64,000 nt of DNA from an uncultured Planctomycetaceae bacterium (GTDB taxonomy: Bacteria; Planctomycetota; Planctomycetia; Planctomycetales; Planctomycetaceae), in assembly GCA_963976765.1 (NCBI GenBank), contig CAXBME010000001.1, forward strand, positions 434,001 to 498,000, written 5' to 3'. The notes beneath the pieces were generated by a model, which worked only from the letters and a program-made list of their open reading frames with translations, did not search any database and was not told the origin of the DNA. The position numbers were made by a program, and so were the translations under genes. Every line of letters starts with the position of its first letter. Position 1 is the first letter of the stretch. This document shows positions 20,463-30,013 of this stretch, piece by piece.

Positions 20463-21533
20463 TTACAATTCTGAAATTCCAGAGAAACTCTTTTCTCAAC
20501 TGAGGCAGGAGCGTTGGTTGCTGAATCACAATGGCCGATTCCACGAGACGAGAAGTCAAGGTGGGCTCCGGCACCGCTTCACGCCCGAAGCTGCAAATCC
20601 GCGTTGGGAGAGCAGCAGTGCCGGAGCAGGCGACACTGTTACTCTTCCTGCAGCACTATTCCTGACCAGTGGGCAAAGTGGCATTTCTGCGAGTTCGCCG
20701 AATTTGTTGTCAGGCAGGCTTGATATGGGGCGGTGATTGGCGGACTCCGAGCATCTTGACCGCAATCAGCAATCAATGACGTGGTGATCGAAGTCGGATG
20801 CATGCTGGGGGACTATCGAGCCAACGCGGGCAGGTGACAGTCAGATTGGTAACTGCGATCGCATGTCTCCCGAACAGCGAGGTGATCTGCTGGTTCCCCA
20901 ATCGACGCTCGAACCAACATCGATGACTTCAGAGTGACGGCTTGCCGACGACTGACGGGAAAACTTTCCGTCGGTTTTGCAGCACTGCTCGGTAAAGCTG
21001 TCGAGCTATTGGCGCTAAATGGGATGCAGTGTTTGCCAGATGCCTGTCGCACGAACAGAGTGACCGATGTTTCCAGGCTGAGGAATTGCTGAGCGACCTG
21101 CAGGTGATTACGAAGGACGGAATTAAAGAGGTCTTCTGATTTAGAGCTCAGTCTGCCACCACGTGATCAAGCGTCGTCTCCATCCGATTCTGAGATCTCA
21201 ACAGAACCAGCTCACAAAGCAAATACCGGCCCAGTTGAGGCGAGGGCATCGGACATAGCCGGCAGCAATGACGGACGGCTTGTCGCTACCTCGCCCTTGT
21301 TTGAGTAGCAGTGAGCAGATCGGATTCCGTATTCGATGAGTTCCGAATTTTTATGGCTCCTTAATGCGCATTTCGAATGAGAAAGCGGACGCCACGCGCC
21401 GTTGCCGGGCCAACAGCAACAGCGAGTCCCACGGACTCATCGCGGCGCCCGCCACTCCTCCATTCACCCCTCAAGCAGGTCATTCTGGAAGCCCGCCTTT
21501 GTTCAGACAGGATTCCAGCCTGATGGTAAGCTC

Positions 21534-23519
21534 TCAACGGCGAGCACGATCGCGATGGCCACGGATGGTTTCGTTACTGCCGCGTCCGCCTTGCAAGTCG
21601 TCGCGGACTTCGTCGTCTGTCGTCGCGCCCAGACTGAGCAAGGCTGTCGACAAATCACCGTTTATCCAGGCTGACAGAGCAGTATCGAGCGCAGCCGGAT
21701 CAGACTCGTTGGCTACCGAACCACCAATCAGCAGGTCGTCGCCATGATCCCCTCGGATGCGGTCGCGGCCGGAACCGCCGGTGAGGATGTCGTCGCCGCG
21801 CCCGCCGCTCAGGTAATCGTTGCCGGCTCCACCGTCGATGAAGTCGTCACCCAGGCTGCCGATCAGGTGATCGTTACCCTCGCCGCCGAAGATCGAAGCG
21901 CTGATGTTCGTCCCGCCGAAGAATCCGCCGACGTGGGCGTGGTCGTTGCCACCGCGAGCGTGAATGACGATCCGGTCGATGCCCGACGCGTCAAACACCT
22001 GGTGGATGTGCTGTCGGTCCCGGCTGCGGACGTTGAGGTGAGCATGAACGTGGAGTTGATCCAGCCACCAGTGTTTGTGAACGTGGATCACGTCTTTGCC
22101 GTCCGTTCCGATGACATACAGCGTGCCATCGACAACGCCACTTCCCTGGACGACCGCCGTCGTCGAGGCAACGCTGGTGCCGCCGTTGCCGTCATCGATT
22201 GTGACGGCAATCGTGTAAACACCGCCGTTGGCATAACTGTGGTTGCCTGCGAGCGTATCGGCAAGCTGGTCGACAGATAGAGACTCGACAGTGCCATCAC
22301 CCCAGTCGACCGTCGCCGTGTGAATATCCGCCAGATCGACGTCGCTGAACGAGCCACTGATCGTTACCTGGCCATTAGCGGATGCCGTCGAGACGTCGGT
22401 GTGGTCTGAAGACAGGCTGCCGATTGCTGGAGTATCGTTCTCGCCAAGGATCGTGATGGTCGCTGTGGCGCTGGCGGTTTCTCCGTTCGCGTCTTCGATC
22501 TGATAGTCGAAACTGACCTCAGCCGATTGTCCCGCTGACAGCGATTCGAACGCTCCATTCGGATCGTACGTGAATGATCCGTTGCCATTGTCGGTCAGCG
22601 TGCCTGCCGACGGGCTGATCAGAGCTACTGTGTTTTCGGCAACGATATTGTCTTCGGAGTCTGTGTCGTTGGTCAGCACGTTGATGGTGACCGGGTTGCC
22701 TTCGCTCGTTGAGCCGCTGTCATCATTGGCGACGGGCGGCGTGTTGGTGACAAAAATCGTGCTGATATCGTCCAGAACCATGGTGGACGAGGCACTGGCC
22801 GTGAAGGATTCGATGCCTTCCCAGTCCGCTCCGGAAATGGAATGAGTGCCGTCGCCCGAAATGGACGCTGTCCCGCCTTTGGAAGAAACAAGTGTCAGGA
22901 CCGATCCGTCCTTTGAAGAAGAGATATTCAGGCCGGTTAATGTGAATCGGCCGCCATCGTCCCGCGTGAATTCGACCGGCGACAGGGATGAGTTAAATCG
23001 GAAGGACTGGTCCTTTGAATCGCTTCCTGAACTGCCGCCTCCGTCACCGTCTTTGCCGCCTCCGCTGTCACCACCGCCAGAGTCTTTACCACCTCCGGAA
23101 TCTTTCCCACCTCCGGAATCTTTCCCTCCGCCGGAAGTACCTCCGCCGTCCTTGCCGCCGTTTTCGGATTCCTGGTCTCCGCTGTCGCCGCCACCGCCTC
23201 CGTCTTTACCACCGCCACCGCCACCGCCACCGCCACCGCCACCGCCACCGGTGTCCTGTTCCCAGACCTGAATCTGTTCACCGATGTCGTCCGCCTCGTT
23301 CGTCCGGGACATGGTCAAGCCGGCTTCCGAGTGGCCTTCCGCACTGGTTGTTCCCAAATCAAACGTCATCGTTACGGATGACAGGAGTGCGCGTTGTTCC
23401 AGTTTGTCAATCTGGTGCGTTTGAAAGAGGCCGGAACGATTGCGTCTTCTGTTGACTCGACGAGCGTTTCCCTGCCGGCAGCGATTAGTCAGGTTCTGAA
23501 TCCAGTTGGTCGTTTTCAC
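21534..23519 (-). CDS. Planctomycete extracellular protein: LEPR-XLL-like motif, Gly-rich linker, Ig/cadherin-like and PKD-like domains, RTX-like Ca-binding repeats
   Basis: KLEQRALLS; NTPPVANDD...NVLTNDTD; VDWGDG; several GGxGND repeats; GTG start with GGGGA RBS. Confidence 0.9.
   Translation of the reverse strand: MKTTNWIQNLTNRCRQGNARRVNRRRNRSGLFQTHQIDKLEQRALLSSVTMTFDLGTTSAEGHSEAGLTMSRTNEADDIGEQIQVWEQDTGGGGGGGGGGGGGGKDGGGGGDSGDQESENGGKDGGGTSGGGKDSGGGKDSGGGKDSGGGDSGGGKDGDGGGSSGSDSKDQSFRFNSSLSPVEFTRDDGGRFTLTGLNISSSKDGSVLTLVSSKGGTASISGDGTHSISGADWEGIESFTASASSTMVLDDISTIFVTNTPPVANDDSGSTSEGNPVTINVLTNDTDSEDNIVAENTVALISPSAGTLTDNGNGSFTYDPNGAFESLSAGQSAEVSFDYQIEDANGETASATATITILGENDTPAIGSLSSDHTDVSTASANGQVTISGSFSDVDLADIHTATVDWGDGTVESLSVDQLADTLAGNHSYANGGVYTIAVTIDDGNGGTSVASTTAVVQGSGVVDGTLYVIGTDGKDVIHVHKHWWLDQLHVHAHLNVRSRDRQHIHQVFDASGIDRIVIHARGGNDHAHVGGFFGGTNISASIFGGEGNDHLIGSLGDDFIDGGAGNDYLSGGRGDDILTGGSGRDRIRGDHGDDLLIGGSVANESDPAALDTALSAWINGDLSTALLSLGATTDDEVRDDLQGGRGSNETIRGHRDRARR
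23083..23250 (-). repeat. In-frame coding tandem repeats: (ccaccg)7 at 23209-23250 and imperfect 18-bp units encoding GGGKDS
   Basis: Read directly; encodes a poly-Gly run and GGGKDS x3. Confidence 0.85.
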
Positions 23520-23814
23520 GGTGAGTTCCCCTTAGTATCTGGTGGCCTTCAGCACTCAACCGCAGGTCTGGCGACACGCCAAACGGGTTGCGAGGCCCGC
23601 AATGCGGCAGGTGGTCAATAAGGGAATGCACAACCAGTTCAGAACGGGGCCACAATTCTGAACGATTCTCCAGAATTGTTTCCAAAGCCGTGGCGACGTT
23701 TGCCCCGCAGGCGCAGACCGAATCGCAGGCGGCTTTCATCAGCATCGCCGCTGCCTGCAAGGACGCGAACCACAGCGCCTTTGGTTGCGGGTCAAACAGG
23801 TGGGGCGCTTCGTA

Positions 23815-26800
23815 TCACTCGCCTACAAGCAGATGCACCTCACCGCGGGCATCGCCGGCGGCGAGAGTCTTGCCGTCGGGGCTCCAGGCGATTGATGTGA
23901 AGCGGTCGCCGATCGGGTGGTTGAGCATGGCGGTGGCTTCGCCGGTGGCCGGATCCCACAGGCCGATGATGCCTTCACCTTCCGTCAGTGATGCCAGGCG
24001 GCGACCGTCCGGGGACCAGACGATCCGGCCAACCTTCGCCGTGTGGCCGATCAGCGTGTGCTGCAGTTCGAACTTCTCGGTGTCCCGCAGTTCGATCAGG
24101 TTCTCGCCAGCCAGAGCCAGCAGACGATTCTGTGGATCGAGGGCGATGTCGAAGATCCTGTCGGTGGTGGTGGTCAGTGTTTCGACCGGGCTTCCGTCAA
24201 GTGGTTTTCGCAGCAATCTCTTTTGAGCCTCAATGACAAGCAGACTTTGTCCATCCGCGTTCCAGCAGTAGGTGCCCGCAGTGGTGGCCCTGTTTCCATT
24301 GAGAGCCTGAACCTCTGTCAGCCCAGCGTCGCAGACCCAGACAGTGCCATTGAATTTTCGGGCAACAGCGATTCGCGATCCGTCTGGGGACCATTTCAGA
24401 CCCTCGACGATATTTCCGCCAGTTCTACGGGGAAGTTCCATTGAATGCAGTTCACGGCCATCGTTTCCGTCGAAGATCTTCAGTTCGTCGAGAGTTGCCG
24501 TCGCGATGTGGCCCTTAACCGGACTGTGACTCACGGCTAAGCTACGGCATTTCTGCTTCCAGACCACTGGTCTGTCGGCAGAGGCCAGATCGAGATGCAC
24601 GCAGTCATACTCACTCTGGGCAGTGAGCGTGTGACCGTCCTTCGACCAGACCACGGCGTGAATCGGGCGGTTGGCGATCGAAAGTGGCGAAGTGTGCTGA
24701 TCGACATCCCAGACGCGAAGGGAATTGTCCAGGGATGTGGAAAACAGCTTCGTCCCATCGGGCGTCCAGGCCAGTCGGTGGATTTGCCGTGTATGACCGC
24801 GGAGCAGGGCAACCAGTCTTCCATCGGTTGCGTCATGAATGCGGATAGCGCGGTCACCGCCGGCCGTCGCCAGCCAGCGACCATCCAGACTCCACCGTAC
24901 AGTTGTAATCTGGGCAGTGCTTTCGGTCCGCTTCCATGCGAAATCCTGTTTGTCGGTATTCCAGACGGCGACGCTGCCGTGCGGCTCATCGGCGATTGCG
25001 ATGAGCCGTCCGTCGGGATGCCAGTCTGCTTCTCTGCGGATTCCGCTCCCCACGTATTTCGCTGCGACGAGGGTATCGCGTTGTCCGTCGTCGGTCAGTG
25101 AACCCAGCAGCCACTGTCCCCGCGCGGCGATGACGAATCGCCTCGAATCGGTGGGATGGCAGTCCACCCAGGCGGAGTACCACTCGTGCTGAGAATCAGA
25201 AAGAACGTGACCGTCAGCGCTCCTGTAAACAATCTGCCCGAAGTGTCCGTGGTGGATCAGCCACTTGCCGTCGGCTGACCAGTCGACACTGTCGGTGCCG
25301 ACGATCCGTTTCAGGCCATAGAGTCTTTCACCGGTCTCCACTGAGTACACTGCGCCCGGCTCGCCCATTGACGCAGCGACGGCAAGCATTGTTCCGTCCC
25401 GGGAAAACCGGAGGCAACTGGGTTGCAATTGGCTGGAGTTCTTCAGTTCCCGGGCGACCTCCCCCGTTTCGAGATTCACGAATGAGATCGGTACGTCGCC
25501 GTCCGGCTTACGAACAACCGTCGTCCCATCCGGGCTGACAGCAATGGCCGCTCCATGCCCGAGCCCATAGACTGACGTGAGGACCCGACTCTGAGGTTTC
25601 AGTTGCCGCTTCAGGTAGCGGTATTCCCAGCCGATCAGATCATCCGCGTCGGCCCATTTGGAAGTGATTCTCTCGATGGTGCTCAGCCCGCCGGCTTCGT
25701 GGACCGCGTTCGATGCGACCCGCATTTCGGCGTTGTAAAGATGCCGCCGCATTTCGGTTTCGCTCTTTTCAGCTCGGCTGCGAGCTTCGTCGGCTTCGTT
25801 TCGTCGACGTTCCGCTTCGTCGGCATTTGTCATTGCGACTTGAGCGTTGGCTCTTGCTTCCTCAGCATTTGTCTGAGCTTCGGCTCTCTTTTCGGCCAGC
25901 GCGTTGACTGTCTCGGTGAGTGCCGCGTTGGACTGATTCAAATTGCCGATGGTTGCTGTCAGCTTTGTGTTGGCCGTTGCCAGCCGACCAACGTAGTAAC
26001 TCGATAGACCAACGATCGCGCACAACGCGAGCAACACAGTCAGCGTCATCGCTTTGTTGCGGCGATAAAACAGCCACGCTCGGCGTGCCGAACTGATCGG
26101 TCGCGCCAGAACCGGCTCGTGATTGAGGAACCGGCTGAGATCGTCGGCCAGTTCTGCGGCGGACTGGTATCTCCGGCCCTGTTCTTTCTCCAGACACTTC
26201 AGGCAGATCGTCGACAGATCGGCGGGCAGACCTGGCAGCAATGCAGTCGGAGCGACGGGGGCGGCTTCCGTCACCATGCGGATTGTTTCCAGCGGCGTCG
26301 CTCCATGAAACGGCGTCCGGCCGGTCAGCAACCGATATAGAATCACGCCGACCGAATAAACGTCGCTCGTCGGCCCGATGTCGCTGTCCCCGCGAGCCTG
26401 CTCGGGAGACATGTACTGAGGCGTTCCCAGGATCTCGCCCGTCCCGGTGACTCCGCTGTCGTTGCCAATCGTTCGAGCCAGGCCAAAGTCGGTGATCTTG
26501 GGTAACCAGCCATTCGAGATTCCCGCACCATGCCGGTTCGCACTACTGCCCGACCCACTGACAGATCCGAACCGCGAAATCAGCGAATCCTTCGTAGTCG
26601 GTCCGCTCTGGCTTTGAAGTCTCTGCGTTGCATCGATTCTTTTGGCAACGTCGGTGGTCGATTCAGCTCCGACAAGTATTGTCGGTTCTGCGGCGGTGAT
26701 TGCTGCGCTCTCGCTGGACCGGTCCGGCTGCTGCTGAATCAGAATGTTCGCCGGCTTGAGATCCCGGTGAATCACTCCGTTCTGATGCGCATACTCAACC

Positions 26801-27492
26801 GCTCGAGCAACCGCGACACACAACTCCGCGGCGATCTGTGCATTCAAGGGCTCGTCGTCGATCAGGCCAGCAAGGCTGCTCCCCTCGACCAGTTCCATCG
26901 CGATGTACGGAGAACCGCCGTGACTTCCCAGTGCGAACACCTGAACGATGTTTGGGTGCTGAAGTCTCGCCGCCGCTTCCGCCTCAACTTCAAAGCGCTT
27001 CAGCACGGAAGAACCAGCATGATCACCGGCCAGCACCATCTTCAGCGCCACGGCCCGCTTCAGCTTTGGATCATGCGCCCGATAAACGACCCCCATCCCG
27101 CCTCGCCCAAGGACATCATCGATCTCATAACCATCGATCGAACGTGGTATTCCAACTGCTGACTTTCGCTCGTTTTCCGGGGGCTTTGAGTCTGACTGAG
27201 ATTTGTAGACGGTTTGTGCTGTCGATATGTCGCAAACGGCGTCCGCGTACTCACTAAACCGCTCTCGATAGTCGTTAATATCGATTGTGCGATTCTGTTC
27301 ACGCAGGACTTCCAGCTCGATTTCCAGCAGCTCGCGAAAAGCGACTGGCCTTAACTCATCAGCAAAAGCGGCCAGTACATCCTCAATCTGCGGACTGTGA
27401 CCGTCACGCAACTCTGCTTCGAACTGCGTCGCAGCCTGGTCAATTGCTCTGACCTGCTCGACACTCAGATCGGAAATACTGTCACCGGTCAA
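23815..27492 (-). CDS. Hanks-type Ser/Thr protein kinase with hydrophobic helix, coiled coil and WD40 repeats
   Basis: LGRGGMGVVY, VALK, HRDLKPANIL, DFGLA, GTPQYMSPEQ; many WSPDG and GH..W WD40 repeats. Confidence 0.96.
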   Translation of the reverse strand: MTGDSISDLSVEQVRAIDQAATQFEAELRDGHSPQIEDVLAAFADELRPVAFRELLEIELEVLREQNRTIDINDYRERFSEYADAVCDISTAQTVYKSQSDSKPPENERKSAVGIPRSIDGYEIDDVLGRGGMGVVYRAHDPKLKRAVALKMVLAGDHAGSSVLKRFEVEAEAAARLQHPNIVQVFALGSHGGSPYIAMELVEGSSLAGLIDDEPLNAQIAAELCVAVARAVEYAHQNGVIHRDLKPANILIQQQPDRSSESAAITAAEPTILVGAESTTDVAKRIDATQRLQSQSGPTTKDSLISRFGSVSGSGSSANRHGAGISNGWLPKITDFGLARTIGNDSGVTGTGEILGTPQYMSPEQARGDSDIGPTSDVYSVGVILYRLLTGRTPFHGATPLETIRMVTEAAPVAPTALLPGLPADLSTICLKCLEKEQGRRYQSAAELADDLSRFLNHEPVLARPISSARRAWLFYRRNKAMTLTVLLALCAIVGLSSYYVGRLATANTKLTATIGNLNQSNAALTETVNALAEKRAEAQTNAEEARANAQVAMTNADEAERRRNEADEARSRAEKSETEMRRHLYNAEMRVASNAVHEAGGLSTIERITSKWADADDLIGWEYRYLKRQLKPQSRVLTSVYGLGHGAAIAVSPDGTTVVRKPDGDVPISFVNLETGEVARELKNSSQLQPSCLRFSRDGTMLAVAASMGEPGAVYSVETGERLYGLKRIVGTDSVDWSADGKWLIHHGHFGQIVYRSADGHVLSDSQHEWYSAWVDCHPTDSRRFVIAARGQWLLGSLTDDGQRDTLVAAKYVGSGIRREADWHPDGRLIAIADEPHGSVAVWNTDKQDFAWKRTESTAQITTVRWSLDGRWLATAGGDRAIRIHDATDGRLVALLRGHTRQIHRLAWTPDGTKLFSTSLDNSLRVWDVDQHTSPLSIANRPIHAVVWSKDGHTLTAQSEYDCVHLDLASADRPVVWKQKCRSLAVSHSPVKGHIATATLDELKIFDGNDGRELHSMELPRRTGGNIVEGLKWSPDGSRIAVARKFNGTVWVCDAGLTEVQALNGNRATTAGTYCWNADGQSLLVIEAQKRLLRKPLDGSPVETLTTTTDRIFDIALDPQNRLLALAGENLIELRDTEKFELQHTLIGHTAKVGRIVWSPDGRRLASLTEGEGIIGLWDPATGEATAMLNHPIGDRFTSIAWSPDGKTLAAGDARGEVHLLVGE

Positions 27493-27695
27493 CGGAATCG
27501 CCTTTCACATGGTCTTGTGTTCAAATCGACGGTTCTAACAACACAGTGGAAGAGCTTCACTGAGCAGACTTGTTTATTCCACCATGAGGACACGCCATCG
27601 GCGAAGCGACCTTACCAGGAAATGCCCATTCGATTCAGGTCGGGGACACATTTCGCGATGTGTTTCTGAATTTTTCCAGAATTGCGAATTCATCA

Positions 27696-28286
27696 TCATT
27701 CATTGAACACTTCTTCGGTGAGTTCCTGCTCCCAACGTTTTCGGATCAACACCGATCTCCGTTTAATTGTCCTTTCCGACATGTCGAGTTTCTGAGAGAT
27801 CTCCTGGTTCGTCAGACCGTCAAGTTTAAGCAGGGCAATCTCGCGGAGATTGTCGTCGTCCAGCTTCTTCAGCAATCGCTGACATTCGTCTTCGACAGTT
27901 GCCGAAAAATCCGGAGCGGGCCCCACATCCGGTAGCTGATCCGGTTCGACGGCTGCCTGACGGGCATCGCTACCACCGCGTTTCTGACGATGATTGTATT
28001 GTGCCCGCTTACCCATTTTCCGCTGAGCAATCACCAGCATCAGAGCCCAGAGTTCGTCCCGCCCTCCGAGTTCCGGATACCGATTCTCGCGAGCAAGCTG
28101 GACCATCGCGTCGAAGACGCTCACGGCGAGGTCTTCTTCATCGTACGTCGGATCGTGTCCCATTCGGCCCCGTGCAAGTTTCGCGATCTGCCGAAAATAG
28201 CGGTCCCACAGACGCTCTGCGGCATTGTCATCGCCCGACTGTAAAGCAACGAACCAACCGGTTATCGATTGTGAGTCACCCATCAA
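27696..28286 (-). CDS. ECF-type sigma factor of the STK-associated planctomycete type
   Basis: SITGW...GD..AAERLW.RYF, DEED, RQKRGG, LKLDGLTNQEISQKL..SERTI. Confidence 0.92.
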   Translation of the reverse strand: MMGDSQSITGWFVALQSGDDNAAERLWDRYFRQIAKLARGRMGHDPTYDEEDLAVSVFDAMVQLARENRYPELGGRDELWALMLVIAQRKMGKRAQYNHRQKRGGSDARQAAVEPDQLPDVGPAPDFSATVEDECQRLLKKLDDDNLREIALLKLDGLTNQEISQKLDMSERTIKRRSVLIRKRWEQELTEEVFNE

Positions 28287-28370
28287 AACGGTTCGTCCTT
28301 GTGTGATCGTAAGAATTCAATCGCGCGCTGACTTAACGAGTCATCGTAGTCTGCCAACGCCGACAACGAA

Positions 28371-28790
28371 ATGTTCGTCCGCACCGACGGTCATCTCTGG
28401 AAGATCGCCAGAATAGGAAGAAACAAAAAATGCAGAGCCCTCTCTGGAATCTGCGTTGTCCTCTGCTCAGACCGCTCGGTCAAACTGTCACCAGCGATTA
28501 TCGATCTGGCATTTGTGTACGACACCAGTCACCACTTTGAGTCTCCGAATTCGACATTGGCCTCAATTCCCGATGCCCTCAAACCTGGCGGAATGTTGGT
28601 CGTCGCTGACTTCAAACGCATCCCGGGCGAGTCGCGCGAGTTTCTTCTCAATCACGTACGAGCGGGCAAAGAAGTCTTCCGCAGCGAGATTGAATCGGCC
28701 GGATTTGAAGTGGTCAAAGAAGCCGACATTGCCGGGTTCGAGGAAAATTACTTTCTGAAGTTCCGGAAGGTCGCGGCGAAATCGCTTTGA
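28371..28790 (+). pseudogene. Remnant (C-terminal half) of a class I SAM-dependent methyltransferase
   Basis: IDLAFVYDTSHHFE.P...LASI..ALKPGG.LVVADF; no N-terminal SAM-binding glycine motif. Confidence 0.7.
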
Positions 28791-28799
28791 GGCAAGGTG

Positions 28800-29267
28800 T
28801 CAGTAGACGAAAGGGATAAATCGTCGAGTTTTCTTGCAGTACTTTTCGTAATCCGGAAACTGCTTCAGCAGCAAACATTCTTCGTATCCGGCCTTGAGTC
28901 GCAAGGTACCGATCAGAAGACACCACACGACCAGCTTCCAGACGCTGAAGGGCGTCAGGACGAAACCGCCGGTAAACAGAATTAAACCGGAGTACATCGG
29001 ATGGCGTATCCGGCGGAACGGTCCGCTGGTCACAAGTTGGCAATCGACATTCACTTCCGGCATCACGGATAGTTGACGGAGTCGAATCGCTGCGATGGCC
29101 CGGCCTCCGAGGATCATTCCGGCTGCCGTCACAGTAATGCTCAGCGGTCCAACCGACTCCCAGTCCATCGACAGGACCAGCGCAGCGGAACAGACAAACT
29201 GCAAAGCAACATAAATGACGGAACGATGGACCACGGCAGGACACCAGCGTGACGAGGGGACAGTCAC
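28800..29267 (-). CDS. Isoprenylcysteine carboxyl methyltransferase (ICMT/PEMT) family membrane protein
   Basis: LVTSGPFRRIRHPMYSG, EE..L...F.DY..Y...T.RFIP. Confidence 0.9.
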   Translation of the reverse strand: MTVPSSRWCPAVVHRSVIYVALQFVCSAALVLSMDWESVGPLSITVTAAGMILGGRAIAAIRLRQLSVMPEVNVDCQLVTSGPFRRIRHPMYSGLILFTGGFVLTPFSVWKLVVWCLLIGTLRLKAGYEECLLLKQFPDYEKYCKKTRRFIPFVY

Positions 29268-29296
29268 CTTTTCCAGTATCTTACCGAAACAAAAGA

Positions 29297-30013
29297 TTAT
29301 TGAGTCTGAACTTCACGACAAAGCGGGCAAGCTGTTGGCATTGCTTCACCGGATTTCAGACCTGTGGCCCCGCGGAGGATGGTCACGCTGCCCATCACGA
29401 TGACGCAGAACGCGGCGGCCTTGACGAGTCGCTTGCGGCCTTCGAGTCCGATCAGTGAACCACCAAGTCCTGCCCCCACCATTAGTGGTACAGTTCCCAG
29501 GCCGAAGGCAAGCATGATTAACGCTCCGGTATGCATGTGACCGGAACTGAGGGCGAGTGCCAGGAAAGCGTACACAAGCCCGCACGGTAAGAACCCGGTC
29601 GCGAGGCCTGCGAGAAACACGTGACCAGGACGACCGGATTTCAACAGGCTGCGAAAGTGCGTGGCCGCTGCGCACGAGGAAGCCTGTTTGAGCCACTTTT
29701 CAGAGGATGGAATCAACCCGCCAGAAACAAGTCCCGTTGCGACGAGAGCAACGCCCGCCATGACGGACAACACGCCCTGCACATTCGCGACCGTTACCAG
29801 ATCGTGCTGAAGCTGTTGTCCTCCAAAGCCGGCCGTCGCACCAAGAAACGCATAAGTAAAGCATCGCCCCAACGAGTAGACCGATTGCCGGGTGAGATTC
29901 TGTCGAGGCGTGCTGGTGTCCCAGCCAATCGCCACCGCGAAAGCGCCGCACATTCCGATGCAGTGTCCGCTGCCGAGGAGCCCGCCGAGGAATATCAGAG
30001 GCCAGTCGATCAT
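29297..30013 (-). CDS. DsbD_2/TauE-like cbb3 biogenesis membrane protein
   Basis: GLLGSGHCIGMCG, Y.LGR..TY, GFLPCGLVY, FGLGTVP; ATG 30013 overlaps the ATPase stop. Confidence 0.9.
   Translation of the reverse strand: MIDWPLIFLGGLLGSGHCIGMCGAFAVAIGWDTSTPRQNLTRQSVYSLGRCFTYAFLGATAGFGGQQLQHDLVTVANVQGVLSVMAGVALVATGLVSGGLIPSSEKWLKQASSCAAATHFRSLLKSGRPGHVFLAGLATGFLPCGLVYAFLALALSSGHMHTGALIMLAFGLGTVPLMVGAGLGGSLIGLEGRKRLVKAAAFCVIVMGSVTILRGATGLKSGEAMPTACPLCREVQTQ

Noticed and set aside
20470..21530. Short ORFs in the approximately 1-kb intergenic region
   Set aside because: No RBS, motif or coding-like composition that I can support; left unannotated
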